Of a stretch of 64,000 nt of DNA, positions 26,876-36,415 are shown piece by piece. A program made the position numbers and the translations under genes. The notes beneath the pieces are model-generated. The model worked only from the letters and a program-made list of their open reading frames with translations, did not search any database and was not told the origin of the DNA. Position 1 is the first letter of the stretch, and the number at the start of each line of letters is the position of its first letter. The stretch comes from a virus, in IMG/VR virus record IMGVR_UViG_3300049489_000842, positions 1 through 64,000 of that record; one strand, written 5' to 3'.

Positions 26876-27040
26876 ATGTATAAAGTAATTGATGAAGGCG
26901 GAAACCTCTTCCTCGTCAAGTACGAGGAAAAAGAGGAAGATGGATTATGGGTTCCAGAGATTCTAGTAGAATCAAAATCCCAAGAGATAATAGCCGAAGA
27001 GTTAATGAGGCTTGAGTTGTTAGAAATAGAAAGTAATTGA
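26876..27040 (+). CDS. 54-aa highly acidic protein (below the ORF-track cutoff)
   Basis: MYKVIDEGGNLFLVKYEEKEEDGLWVPEILVESKSQEIIAEELMRLELLEIESN*; fills the gap between neighbouring ORFs. Confidence 0.6.
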   Translation: MYKVIDEGGNLFLVKYEEKEEDGLWVPEILVESKSQEIIAEELMRLELLEIESN

Positions 27041-27285
27041 TGCAGCTAGAAAAAGACAACAGTGTAGTGTTCCAAACAAATGAGGTCGAACAAACCTCTA
27101 AAGGGTACAAGCTTAACTCTGGAGGATTTATACCAAGAGAGGCTGTGCGCGTACAGATACTATCCAAGGAAAACTTCCCTGGAAAGAAATCTGTGGAGAA
27201 AATAATGCTGGTATTGAAGAGAACCAGTTTAAATAAATCTCTTTATACTCTATTACGTAGTAATAGAGAAGTCAGAAACCAATAA
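27037..27285 (+). CDS. Hypothetical protein
   Basis: 82-aa ORF coupled to the upstream stop. Confidence 0.55.
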   Translation: MMQLEKDNSVVFQTNEVEQTSKGYKLNSGGFIPREAVRVQILSKENFPGKKSVEKIMLVLKRTSLNKSLYTLLRSNREVRNQ

Positions 27286-27296
27286 ATTTTTTAAGA

Positions 27297-27905
27297 ATGA
27301 ATTTTGATTTTTTAAATGATTTGGGAGAGTCTTTACTTCCTGTTGAAACAAAAAAGAGAGTAGCAGCTTCTAAAGTTCCTGTAAATGGAATAATGAGGGT
27401 GACTAAAAAACAGATTGTATTTGGAGATGAGTTTCGTGCATCTGTGGGAACAAAGATGATTGACATGGTTTTCTCAACTGAGTGGAGTCAATATCCTACC
27501 GGAAAACCTAAAGTCCTGTTTTGTGTAGTGCTGCTTAACGAGGAAAAACCTCTTAAGGCTGACATTAAGAAAGAAGGACCAACACAGTATGCTGCAGAGC
27601 TTCTTGGTAAACTCATTAATTTCTTTGATCTACCCGAAGATACTAAATCTGTAGAGTTAGATTGGAGCCCAGAAAATGCTGTGTTTGTGAAAAAGGCACG
27701 CTTTTCTAAAATTGTACAGAGAGGAGAAGAGAAAGGGTTGCCTACTTATGTTACCAGGGACAATGCCCACATGAACCCGGTCTTTGTTGTAGCTAATGCT
27801 GAAGAGGTATTAGAAGATGATATTGAATTGGAAGATCTTAGAAACACACCTGAGGTTGATACAGACATTGTAGAAGAGGACGCTATACCACAGAAAAAGA
27901 AGTAA
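27297..27905 (+). CDS. Hypothetical protein with acidic C-terminus
   Basis: 202-aa ORF immediately upstream of polA. Confidence 0.7.
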   Translation: MNFDFLNDLGESLLPVETKKRVAASKVPVNGIMRVTKKQIVFGDEFRASVGTKMIDMVFSTEWSQYPTGKPKVLFCVVLLNEEKPLKADIKKEGPTQYAAELLGKLINFFDLPEDTKSVELDWSPENAVFVKKARFSKIVQRGEEKGLPTYVTRDNAHMNPVFVVANAEEVLEDDIELEDLRNTPEVDTDIVEEDAIPQKKK

Positions 27906-27908
27906 TCA

Positions 27909-30662
27909 ATGCTTACAATGGTATTGAGCAAAACGGGAGGGAAACTAGGAAAGTACCTCCCTTTTGTTACTGATGATTTCCAAAAGTTTAAAGACTGGAT
28001 TGATCCTATTACTGGGTATATAGCTCATGATTTAGAAACAACCATGACTAAATCAGTACTTGATAGACAAATGCTCTTATCTGCTTACTATTATGATGAT
28101 GTAGCATGGGTTGTATTTATTGAAGAGCTAACACCAGAAGAGCTTGCAGAACTGTGTGTAATAATGAGTAATAAGAAACTTATTATACAGGCATCCAAGT
28201 TCGAATATGGTATGTGGAGAAAGTATGGAGTGTTTTTAGAGAAATATCATGATATATACCTACAGGATAAACTCCTGTATATGGGTATAGATGGAGAGAA
28301 GTTTGATTTATCGAGTATTCTTCATAGATATCTTGGTAAGACTCTAGATAAAACACTACAAACAAGCTTTACAGCTTGTTCTGAGGTAACAGATGATCAG
28401 CTTGAGTATGCTGTGGCAGATATAGTAGACTTACCTTTAATTATGGAGCTTCAGCTAGAGAAAATAGCTCTTCATGATAAGAAGTTTAAGTTCTTTATCC
28501 AGAAAACTGCCCATAAAAACAGAGGATTGCAGAAAGCATCATGGTGGACGCATGAGTTCAGTAAAGTACTGAATGATATGCAGTATACCGGCGTAAACTT
28601 TAATCCTATTAAATGGGAGGAGTTGTATCATAAATCATTTCCAATTGTTGAGGCAGCTACAAAAAAGCTCAATGATATATTGGTAAGGGATTTCAAATTA
28701 CAGTTAGCCGGAGAAGGCATGTATTTACTCAAGGATACTCCTGTAGATAAGCTATTTTCTTCTCCTGATAAAAAGCTAAAACTTCTTAATATTATGTTCC
28801 CCCTTTTAACTAAAACTTCGAATTATGAAGTTACTCAGTATTTAAAAGAACATGATCCTTCATTTGTTAAAGGTAAAGCTTACCTAAATACCTATGAAAA
28901 GAACAATTTTTCTATACTCAAATTGAGTATCGCGGGGAATGTTAAGGTTTTAGAGTCGTTTTTTGTAGAAAACTTTCGAGATGAGATGGTAAAAAGGGAA
29001 TTGTTGTTACCAGCCGGAACATTGCTGGTAAACTGGGCAAGTCCTATTCAAAGAAAGACTATCTTTCAATGGATACATCCCCAATTAGAAAGTACAGATA
29101 AAGAACATATAGCTGAAATAGCTTGGAAACATGAGTTATTGCAGGTGTATTCAGAAGAATATTCCAATGCAAATAATCGCATAACTAAGTTTGGATTAAA
29201 GTATCTTGAGCATATAGATTTAGATGGAAGAATAAGAACTAACATAGATCCTGTTTTAAACACAGGAAGGATATCTTCTTCTAAACCGAATGTATTAAAT
29301 ATCATCAACGATGCTGAATACCGTTCTGCTTTTATCTGTAGTCCTGGATTTAAAATGCTTGGATGTGATTATAAAGGACAGGAGCTAGTCATTACAGCTC
29401 ATGTATCTGGCGAGCAGCAATGGATTAAAGCTATAAGGGAGGATAAGGACTTGCATTCCATCAATGCAAGAAACACATTCTCAAGCTGGAATTCCCATAC
29501 TCTTAAAGATTGTACTTTTTCTATTGATGAGAAGAAGTGTAAGTGTCCAGGGCATAATATCCTGAGGGGAAATGCTAAGACTGTTGTATTCGGTAAACAA
29601 TCACTATAAATATGAAAAATGCCGAATTAAAAGACTGTAAATTCAGGGAAACCTTAACGCATAATGGCGATGGCAATCCTGAGCCAAGCCCAGAAAATAG
29701 GGAAGGTGCAGAGACTATAATCAGACTATGTGTGTTGTGTGGAGAACATATTTCTTTGGTGAGATCTAAACAAGCTAAATACTGCAGTAATGTATGTAAG
29801 CTTAAAATGAATAGAATTAAACGTGTTTTACTTAATGGAGGAAAGCCTGGTGTAGGTTCCGGAGGAAATCAATTTGGTGAAAAGAATAGCCAATGGATAA
29901 ACGGAAAGATTGCATTCAGGAGAATCGGAAGAGAAGCCCACGGAGAGGTTTGTAATAGATGTAAATCTACTTCTTATCTGGTAGTTCATCATATAAATGA
30001 AAATAGAGATGATAACAGAAAAGAAAACCTCGAAGTCTTATGTAAAGCATGTCACCAAAATCATCACGCAATCAGAGATGCCTTAACAGGAAGATATATC
30101 TCTAAAAATACATAAAGGGATAGTCCACTCCGGTATGAAAATATTGGGTAAAGTGATAATTTATGGAATTACTAAGTATGGCTTATCCTATAAGATAAAG
30201 TCCAGTGTGGATGCAGCTCAAGTTGTCATTGATGACTTTCGTGCAGCAACACCTGCAGTTACTTTATTCTTTAAGAAAATGGCTGACTTTACGGTTAACC
30301 AGGGTTATACACCTGAATCTGGATTGGGCACGGCTCGGTTTATCCAGAAAAAGAGACTGGCATACGATAAAGAAGCAGTTATGAGGGAATCTGGTAACTT
30401 CAATATTCAAGGTGTTGGAGCCGGGATATTGAAAGTAGCTACATCTCTTATGAGAAGACATATTAGACATCATGATATGGTGGATAAGGCTTTGATAGTA
30501 CTTACTCCTTATGATGAAATTGTGATGGATGTTGAAGACTCCTTAGTGGATTATTGGAAAGTAAAACTTCCTTATTTCATGGAGTTAGCAGCCAAGTTGG
30601 TTCTTGGTTCGGATATATTAAAGGCAGATACACCTGCTGTTGGAGATTTCTGGATACATTAA
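27909..30662 (+). CDS. polA: DNA polymerase family A, spliced: exons 27909-29594 and 30156-30662 (~730 aa)
   Basis: Exonuclease motifs HDLETT and YAVAD; TGRISS..PN; motif A DYKGQEL. Motif B is restored on splicing (AKTVVFG|IIYG). NF.IQG and motif C YDEI follow. Confidence 0.92.
29595..30155 (+). mobile_element. Group I self-splicing intron (561 nt) in polA motif B
   Basis: P1 TTCGGT/GCCGAA with a U-G pair at the 5' splice site; core elements AAATTCAGGGAAACC, AATCCTGAGC, TGCAGAGACT and AAGGGATAGTCC; terminal G at 30155; the exons join in frame. Confidence 0.93.
29612..30115 (+). CDS. Intron-encoded HNH homing endonuclease
   Basis: CxxC Zn motifs and CNRC...LVVHHINENRDDN..ENLEVLCKACHQNHH. Confidence 0.88.
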   Translation: MKNAELKDCKFRETLTHNGDGNPEPSPENREGAETIIRLCVLCGEHISLVRSKQAKYCSNVCKLKMNRIKRVLLNGGKPGVGSGGNQFGEKNSQWINGKIAFRRIGREAHGEVCNRCKSTSYLVVHHINENRDDNRKENLEVLCKACHQNHHAIRDALTGRYISKNT

Positions 30663-30664
30663 TT

Positions 30665-30979
30665 ATGAAAGAACTAGAAATTAAAGTACAAGATACTGTG
30701 GAGGTAAAGGCTGAAGTTCCAGTCGAGTTCAAATACCTAGGGTCTAAAAGACGTATCCCAGGATTAAAACTTTGGGAATGTGACTTAAGGACTTTTAAGG
30801 TAAAAGAAGCACCTACTAATAAAGAAGTAGTTATGGGTATGGACGGTAAGAAAAAAGAAAAATTTTCAGTTATCCATAATCATCATGCTATTTATCATCA
30901 ATCCCATTGTAAGAGAACTGCTATTAGAAAGTTTCGGGTAATTATAGAAGCTATGGGAGGGATTATACTCGATGACTAG
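30665..30979 (+). CDS. Small hypothetical protein
   Basis: Likely start MKELEIK at 30665; KYLGS.R.IPGLKLWE motif. Confidence 0.65.
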   Translation: MKELEIKVQDTVEVKAEVPVEFKYLGSKRRIPGLKLWECDLRTFKVKEAPTNKEVVMGMDGKKKEKFSVIHNHHAIYHQSHCKRTAIRKFRVIIEAMGGIILDD

Positions 30980-32231
30980 AGAGGAGATGCAAGATAGGGT
31001 ACTAAACGACTTTCTATCTCTTCCTAAAAAAAGGGGATTGATTATGGTTGGAACTGGAGGAGGCAAGACTAGAATAGCTATGATGGCTATAAAAGCTTTG
31101 GAGCCTGAGGAAATCTTATTTTTATCTGACAGTATAATAGGACGCGATGTAACTCTGCCGGCAGAAATGGAGAAGTGGAACTTGGGTCATCTAAAAGATA
31201 AGACTAAGTTTTCTACATACCAGACAGCTTACAAGTGGAAGAAAAGCGAAGTTGACTTATCTAAAACATTTGTTATTTCGGATGAAGTTGACTTCGCCAT
31301 GACTGGTAAGTATGGAGAGTTTTTTAAAGAGTTTAGTGATATAGATATCCTTGGTATGACCGGTTATAGTCCGGATATTAAACTTTGGTCATTTTCTCAA
31401 TATCTCCCCCTTATTTCTGATATTCCTGTTATAGAGCTACAAAAAGCCGGTATCGTAAATCAATACAAATTTGTATTTATACAATACCTCTTGAGTAGAA
31501 AGAAAGATAGGGATGTTGTTTACAAAAAGGGAGCCGTGACAGAAACGTTTAAACAAAGCGAGAATGCTAGTTACCTGTATATTAGAAAGCAGGAAAAGAA
31601 GTATTATGCTAAGTTGAATGAAGCTGTAGAAGCCGGGGATATGATTGAAGCAGCCAAATATCAGTCTCTTATTGATAATATTATACCAAGGATGAGAACA
31701 GAGTTACTTCTAACTTTGAACTCTTCAGCTGACGTAGCTAAAACTATTCTCAATGAGATTTTAAAAGAAGATGAGGTAAATAAAGTAGTAACATTCTCAC
31801 AAAGGACTGAGCAAGCTGATAAAATCAGTAAGTTCACATACCACGGAAAGAATGATGCTTCTACAAACTCAAGCTTATTTTCTAAATTTAATTCCGGAGA
31901 GATAAGGGAACTTTCTTTATGTTCTAAAATAAACAGAACTGCAAATATGGTTGGGTTAAATAACTGTATTATGGAAAGTTTTATTGGGGATAAAGTAGCG
32001 TTCATTCAAAGAACTGGTAGGATGCTCAGATTAAATCCTGAAGAGGTAGCAACTGTTTACATTTTGCTTCCATATTATATGGAAGATCCGGATGAAAATA
32101 ACCCCGAGGAAGAGATTGTTTGCAAACCTACCAGGATGGTAGGCTGGGCAAAAACAATGATGGAATCAATAGATTTTTCTTGGTCAAAATTTGAAACAAG
32201 AAACCTGACTCCGTATAAAATGTCAAAATAA
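30972..32231 (+). CDS. Superfamily 2 helicase
   Basis: GTGGGKT, SDEVD, GMTG and IQRTGRMLR motifs. Confidence 0.88.
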   Translation: MTREEMQDRVLNDFLSLPKKRGLIMVGTGGGKTRIAMMAIKALEPEEILFLSDSIIGRDVTLPAEMEKWNLGHLKDKTKFSTYQTAYKWKKSEVDLSKTFVISDEVDFAMTGKYGEFFKEFSDIDILGMTGYSPDIKLWSFSQYLPLISDIPVIELQKAGIVNQYKFVFIQYLLSRKKDRDVVYKKGAVTETFKQSENASYLYIRKQEKKYYAKLNEAVEAGDMIEAAKYQSLIDNIIPRMRTELLLTLNSSADVAKTILNEILKEDEVNKVVTFSQRTEQADKISKFTYHGKNDASTNSSLFSKFNSGEIRELSLCSKINRTANMVGLNNCIMESFIGDKVAFIQRTGRMLRLNPEEVATVYILLPYYMEDPDENNPEEEIVCKPTRMVGWAKTMMESIDFSWSKFETRNLTPYKMSK

Positions 32232-32243
32232 AACTGTATTTTT

Positions 32244-32720
32244 ATGAAGGAATATTCAAAAGATCAACTCATCAAATTGTTGATAGACAATAACTTGATA
32301 GTTGAAGGTTCTAAAGATGTTTACTCAATCAGTACTGCTTTGGCAAAGAATATTAAGTTGGAGGTTAAGTCTAAAAGATGTATTAATTATCCAAATAAAT
32401 TTGCCCTTATAAGCGACACTCAAGTCTATAACATGGTTATGGATATGTGTGAATTAGATTTAGAAAAGTATAATAACAGTGGCGGGAGTTATTATATAAG
32501 AACATCATCGAAAGCAGCTATACAGACACTTAAAAGAATTCTGGCAACACCAGAAATTGACTTTAAGATTTTTGTTGAGACTACAAAGTCTGCTTATCTC
32601 GGTAAAACTGTCCTGCCTGGTTTTGACAAGTATTTAGTAAACAACCTATGGGAGCAGGTCTACAATGGAAGAAAGCAACAAGAAACTGAAAAATCTGGAG
32701 ATAGAAAGGGAGTTATTTAA
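32244..32720 (+). CDS. Hypothetical protein upstream of the replicative helicase
   Basis: 158 aa ending in a YL.N.LWE motif, overlapping dnaB. Confidence 0.6.
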   Translation: MKEYSKDQLIKLLIDNNLIVEGSKDVYSISTALAKNIKLEVKSKRCINYPNKFALISDTQVYNMVMDMCELDLEKYNNSGGSYYIRTSSKAAIQTLKRILATPEIDFKIFVETTKSAYLGKTVLPGFDKYLVNNLWEQVYNGRKQQETEKSGDRKGVI

Positions 32721-33885
32721 GAAAATTAGACAGTCCTTAAATAACAAGGATTTCTTTTTAAAACACCCAATCGAAAGACAATCATCAATCTTCAACTTTT
32801 ATGCAGAGCAGTATATCCTTCTTGGGTCCATAACCGGGACAGGAAAAACTAGCTATGTTGACCATTGTATATTAGCCATGATGGAACAAATCCTCACTTT
32901 TGATCCTAATGAAGTACATATAGAATTCCTGTATTTCTCGATGGAAAGAAGGAAAAGGATAAAGTATGCCAAATGGCTATCCTGGAAAATATTTCACGAA
33001 ACTAAACTAAGAATCCCCTCAGATGCCATCCTTAATAAGGACAATACCATGACTGAAGATCAGCTGGAATATATAGAAGGCTATGCTGAGTGGCTAGAAA
33101 AAGTTTTGGAGTTTGTGGATGTGAGGGAAGGGGCTAAAACTGTACCTGAAATAGAAGCCATGTTGCTTGAGAAAGCTAAATCTATGGGCTCTTACTATGA
33201 GTCTGATGACCTTAATGTTTATAGATATGGAGAGCCGGTGGCTACTTTTGATGATAAATATGTAGATACCAAGTATGGTAAAAAGAAGTACATAAATATC
33301 ACAAAGAAAGGGGAAACGTATACTCTTTATCAGAATGATAGGATATACATCCCGAATAAGCCAACATTATTCTTCGTAATTATAGACCACGTAGGTAAAG
33401 TTAAATCTGTAGGTAATGCGAAAAAGAAAGAAACCTTAGATGCCCTGGACACTGTTTTGTCAGATGCACGGGATAAGTATGGTATCTCTATTATAGCTAT
33501 ATCTCAGTTCAACAGAGCTATCTCATCCACAGACAGGTTGAAGTATCACCAAGGTGATTTGGACCCTGTAATGGAAGATTTTAAGGATACCAGCAACATG
33601 ACAGAGAGTGCTGATTTAGTAATTTCTGTTTTTGAACCGGGCAGGTACAAGTCTTGGAACTCCCATGGAGAGTATAAGGGGTACAATATCAGAGATGGTA
33701 TGGTTACTCCAAGTGGTAAATCACGTGCAAGAAGTGTCCATTTCTTAAAGAATTCACATGGACCTTCTGGAGGAACTCAAGTTCTCCGTTTTACAGGAGA
33801 ATCTATGTATTTTGAATCCCTTCCTATCCCTGAGGATAAAGATGGGTTAGCCAAAATATATTCAGAAGTACAAAGAGGTTTATAA
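32665..33885 (+). CDS. dnaB: DnaB-like (SF4) replicative helicase
   Basis: GSITGTGKTS, YFSME, IIDH, ISQFNR, DFKDT....ADLVI and LKN motifs. Confidence 0.88.
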   Translation: MEESNKKLKNLEIERELFKKIRQSLNNKDFFLKHPIERQSSIFNFYAEQYILLGSITGTGKTSYVDHCILAMMEQILTFDPNEVHIEFLYFSMERRKRIKYAKWLSWKIFHETKLRIPSDAILNKDNTMTEDQLEYIEGYAEWLEKVLEFVDVREGAKTVPEIEAMLLEKAKSMGSYYESDDLNVYRYGEPVATFDDKYVDTKYGKKKYINITKKGETYTLYQNDRIYIPNKPTLFFVIIDHVGKVKSVGNAKKKETLDALDTVLSDARDKYGISIIAISQFNRAISSTDRLKYHQGDLDPVMEDFKDTSNMTESADLVISVFEPGRYKSWNSHGEYKGYNIRDGMVTPSGKSRARSVHFLKNSHGPSGGTQVLRFTGESMYFESLPIPEDKDGLAKIYSEVQRGL

Positions 33886-33902
33886 AGAAGGAGGAAAAAT
33901 AA

Positions 33903-34700
33903 ATGGGATTTGAAATTCCTAAAGAACCAATTAAACCGGCTAGTAAAGAACCAAGAACTTTAATTATTTATGGTTCTCCTAAGTCTGGTAAAACAACTAT
34001 TACAGCACAGCTCCCTAATTCTCTTATTTTAGAACATGAAAATGCAGGAGCAGATGCTTTGGAAGCCAGGTATATTTATTTATTGAACCCTTATCAAATT
34101 GAGGAGTTTGTAAACGAACATGCTAAAAATCCGAAGATGCTGGATGGTATTGAAACTTTAATAGTAGATACAATCACACAGCTGGATGCTTGGTCAGAAA
34201 TTGTAGGAACCTATGATTTTATGAATAAAGTCCAGGGTAAAAACTTTAATGTGGTAAACAATGAGAGATTAGCTCACACAGATCCCAGATTTGACACCGT
34301 TCACTCTCTGGGAGAAGGTTACGGTTATAGATATTCTCGTGAAGCTATGATAAAATGGTATTCACTTCTTATCTCAACTGGTAAGAGAGTAATCTTTATC
34401 GCTCACGTTAAAGACAAGATGATTCAAACTGCATCTGGTGATATTGTAGAAACTACAGAACTGAACTTAACCGGTAAGTTAAAATTTATTTTCGCGTCTA
34501 AGGTTGATGCTATTGCTATCTTTAAAAGGAAAGGCAATAAAGGGTATCTTGTATTTGAAAATGGAGGAGATGTTATATCAGGTAGTAGATATGCCTATCT
34601 ATCTGGTAAAATACTTATCTCAGAAAGCGACGATGCTGGTAACGTGAAAACCTATTGGGAAAACATCTTCCCTCATTCATTAGCTAATATTAATAAATAA
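33903..34700 (+). CDS. AAA ATPase (Sak4/AAA_24-like)
   Basis: IIYGSPKSGKTT, IVDTIT, IFIAHVKD and DAI motifs. Confidence 0.85.
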   Translation: MGFEIPKEPIKPASKEPRTLIIYGSPKSGKTTITAQLPNSLILEHENAGADALEARYIYLLNPYQIEEFVNEHAKNPKMLDGIETLIVDTITQLDAWSEIVGTYDFMNKVQGKNFNVVNNERLAHTDPRFDTVHSLGEGYGYRYSREAMIKWYSLLISTGKRVIFIAHVKDKMIQTASGDIVETTELNLTGKLKFIFASKVDAIAIFKRKGNKGYLVFENGGDVISGSRYAYLSGKILISESDDAGNVKTYWENIFPHSLANINK

Positions 34701-34707
34701 GTATAGT

Positions 34708-35436
34708 ATGTTAGAGATAGGAATTAACAGGAAGTTAAACCTCGCGTTAGGTGAGGCAAAGGGTGATGACCAGTTCATTATGAAATTCGCTGTTGGTGCT
34801 AAACCAAAAAGTGTTATGGAGTTGTTTGCATCTCAGGAAGATCTAGAGACAAATAATATATACATTTTTGGACCTAAAGTAGCGGATAAAAAGGGTGCAG
34901 TTAAAGATTTCATGCTTATCGCGGAAGATTTAAGGACAACTTATTTTATTTACCGTGGTCTATTTGAGTTGTACTTAACAGCGGAAGAAATAACCGAGCA
35001 CTTTGGTCCAGAAATTCTTTATGGTGATTACAAAATTAACGAGGACAATCAAGTAGCTATGATGACAAATCAAACTGTTGTCAATAAGATTTTCCAGGGA
35101 ATTTGTAAGAGAGCAAATGAAGTGATTACTTTCTTCTCTTTAGATAAAGAGAAACCTTTAAAATTGAAACTTTATAGACAGTCACCAGAAAAAGCTATGC
35201 CAAGGTATACTTACAAGCCATTGTTCAAAAACTGGTGTGAACTGGATGAAGTATCAGATGAGGAAACTATTGTAAAATGGACTGATTACGAAAAGAGTAA
35301 AGGATTTAATAATCCATTACCACTTGAAAAAGATGCCACTAAAGCTGCGCCTAAGAACTTCGCCACACCTGGTGATGTTAATGAGGCTCCAGCAACAGAT
35401 ACCATCCCATCAGCTAAGGATTTACCATTCAAATAG
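34708..35436 (+). CDS. Putative ssDNA-binding protein
   Basis: Lies between the AAA ATPase and primase; flexible C-terminus ending DLPFK. Confidence 0.55.
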   Translation: MLEIGINRKLNLALGEAKGDDQFIMKFAVGAKPKSVMELFASQEDLETNNIYIFGPKVADKKGAVKDFMLIAEDLRTTYFIYRGLFELYLTAEEITEHFGPEILYGDYKINEDNQVAMMTNQTVVNKIFQGICKRANEVITFFSLDKEKPLKLKLYRQSPEKAMPRYTYKPLFKNWCELDEVSDEETIVKWTDYEKSKGFNNPLPLEKDATKAAPKNFATPGDVNEAPATDTIPSAKDLPFK

Positions 35437-35437
35437 T

Positions 35438-36415
35438 ATGTTTGAAACCCTTCTTACTGAAGACAATGTATTAGAAAGAGTGGATGCTTATAGCATCTAT
35501 TCTTTTTATATAGGATCTGAGTTAGAGGTCGGAAGGGTTTATCTCTCCCCTTTAAGGGAAGATGACATAAAACCTTCTTTTTCTTTATACGAGTATAAAG
35601 GAACTCTATTCTTCAGAGATCATGGTAAAGGTATTTCTGGAAATGTATTCAAATTTATAAAGATATTGTTCGGATTTAATACTTCTATGGAAGTACTTAG
35701 TGCTGTAAATAAAGATTTTGATTTGGAACTACAAGGTGGTATTCCTTATGTTAAAGGAGAAAAAGCCCCCTTAATAGCATCTTACAAAAAGAAAGCAAAA
35801 CTGGTTAAAATTGAAGTGGCTTCCAGGAAAAATCAAAGGGTATTTTTAGAGTATCTGATGGAGTATGGTATAACTAAACGTACTTCAGACTATTATGAAG
35901 CCACTGAAGCTGCAGTACTTTACTTTCACTATGAAGATAATTTAACTAGAACTGTGTACCCAAAAACGTTGTGTATCGCTTATCCTATTTATGATAAGTA
36001 TAAGATATACCAACCATTTGAGGACCAAAGGTTTTTCAACAATTATCCTTCAGATTATGTAGAGGGATTTTTACAGCTGAAGTACGAAAAGGATTTCTGT
36101 ATAATCACTAAAAGTACGAAAGAGATAATGTTTTTTAGAGAACATTACGACTGGGATACAGTTGCAGGTAAATCTGAAAGTACTCATGTTACAAGAGTCA
36201 TAATGCTTATCTTATTAAAGAGATTCAAGAAGATTTACATTTGGCTAGATAATGATACTACCGGATTAGCCAGGCAAGCTTTATATTTACAAGAATACCC
36301 TTTCTTAATACCTGTGTATTTTAATGTACCGCAGAAAGATCCGACAGATTTTTATAAAACTACTAAGAATAAGGCATTTGCTTTATCAGTAATTAAAAAA
36401 CAAATAGAAATTTAA
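35438..36415 (+). CDS. DNA primase (crAss-type, TOPRIM)
   Basis: SPLRED..PSF, F.DHG.G, IITKS.K, WLDND.TG and KDPTD; likely start 35438. Confidence 0.85.
   Translation: MFETLLTEDNVLERVDAYSIYSFYIGSELEVGRVYLSPLREDDIKPSFSLYEYKGTLFFRDHGKGISGNVFKFIKILFGFNTSMEVLSAVNKDFDLELQGGIPYVKGEKAPLIASYKKKAKLVKIEVASRKNQRVFLEYLMEYGITKRTSDYYEATEAAVLYFHYEDNLTRTVYPKTLCIAYPIYDKYKIYQPFEDQRFFNNYPSDYVEGFLQLKYEKDFCIITKSTKEIMFFREHYDWDTVAGKSESTHVTRVIMLILLKRFKKIYIWLDNDTTGLARQALYLQEYPFLIPVYFNVPQKDPTDFYKTTKNKAFALSVIKKQIEI

Noticed and set aside
33180-33360. Intein in the DnaB helicase insertion
   Set aside because: The insert is short and lacks the N-terminal Cys/Ser block and C-terminal His-Asn.
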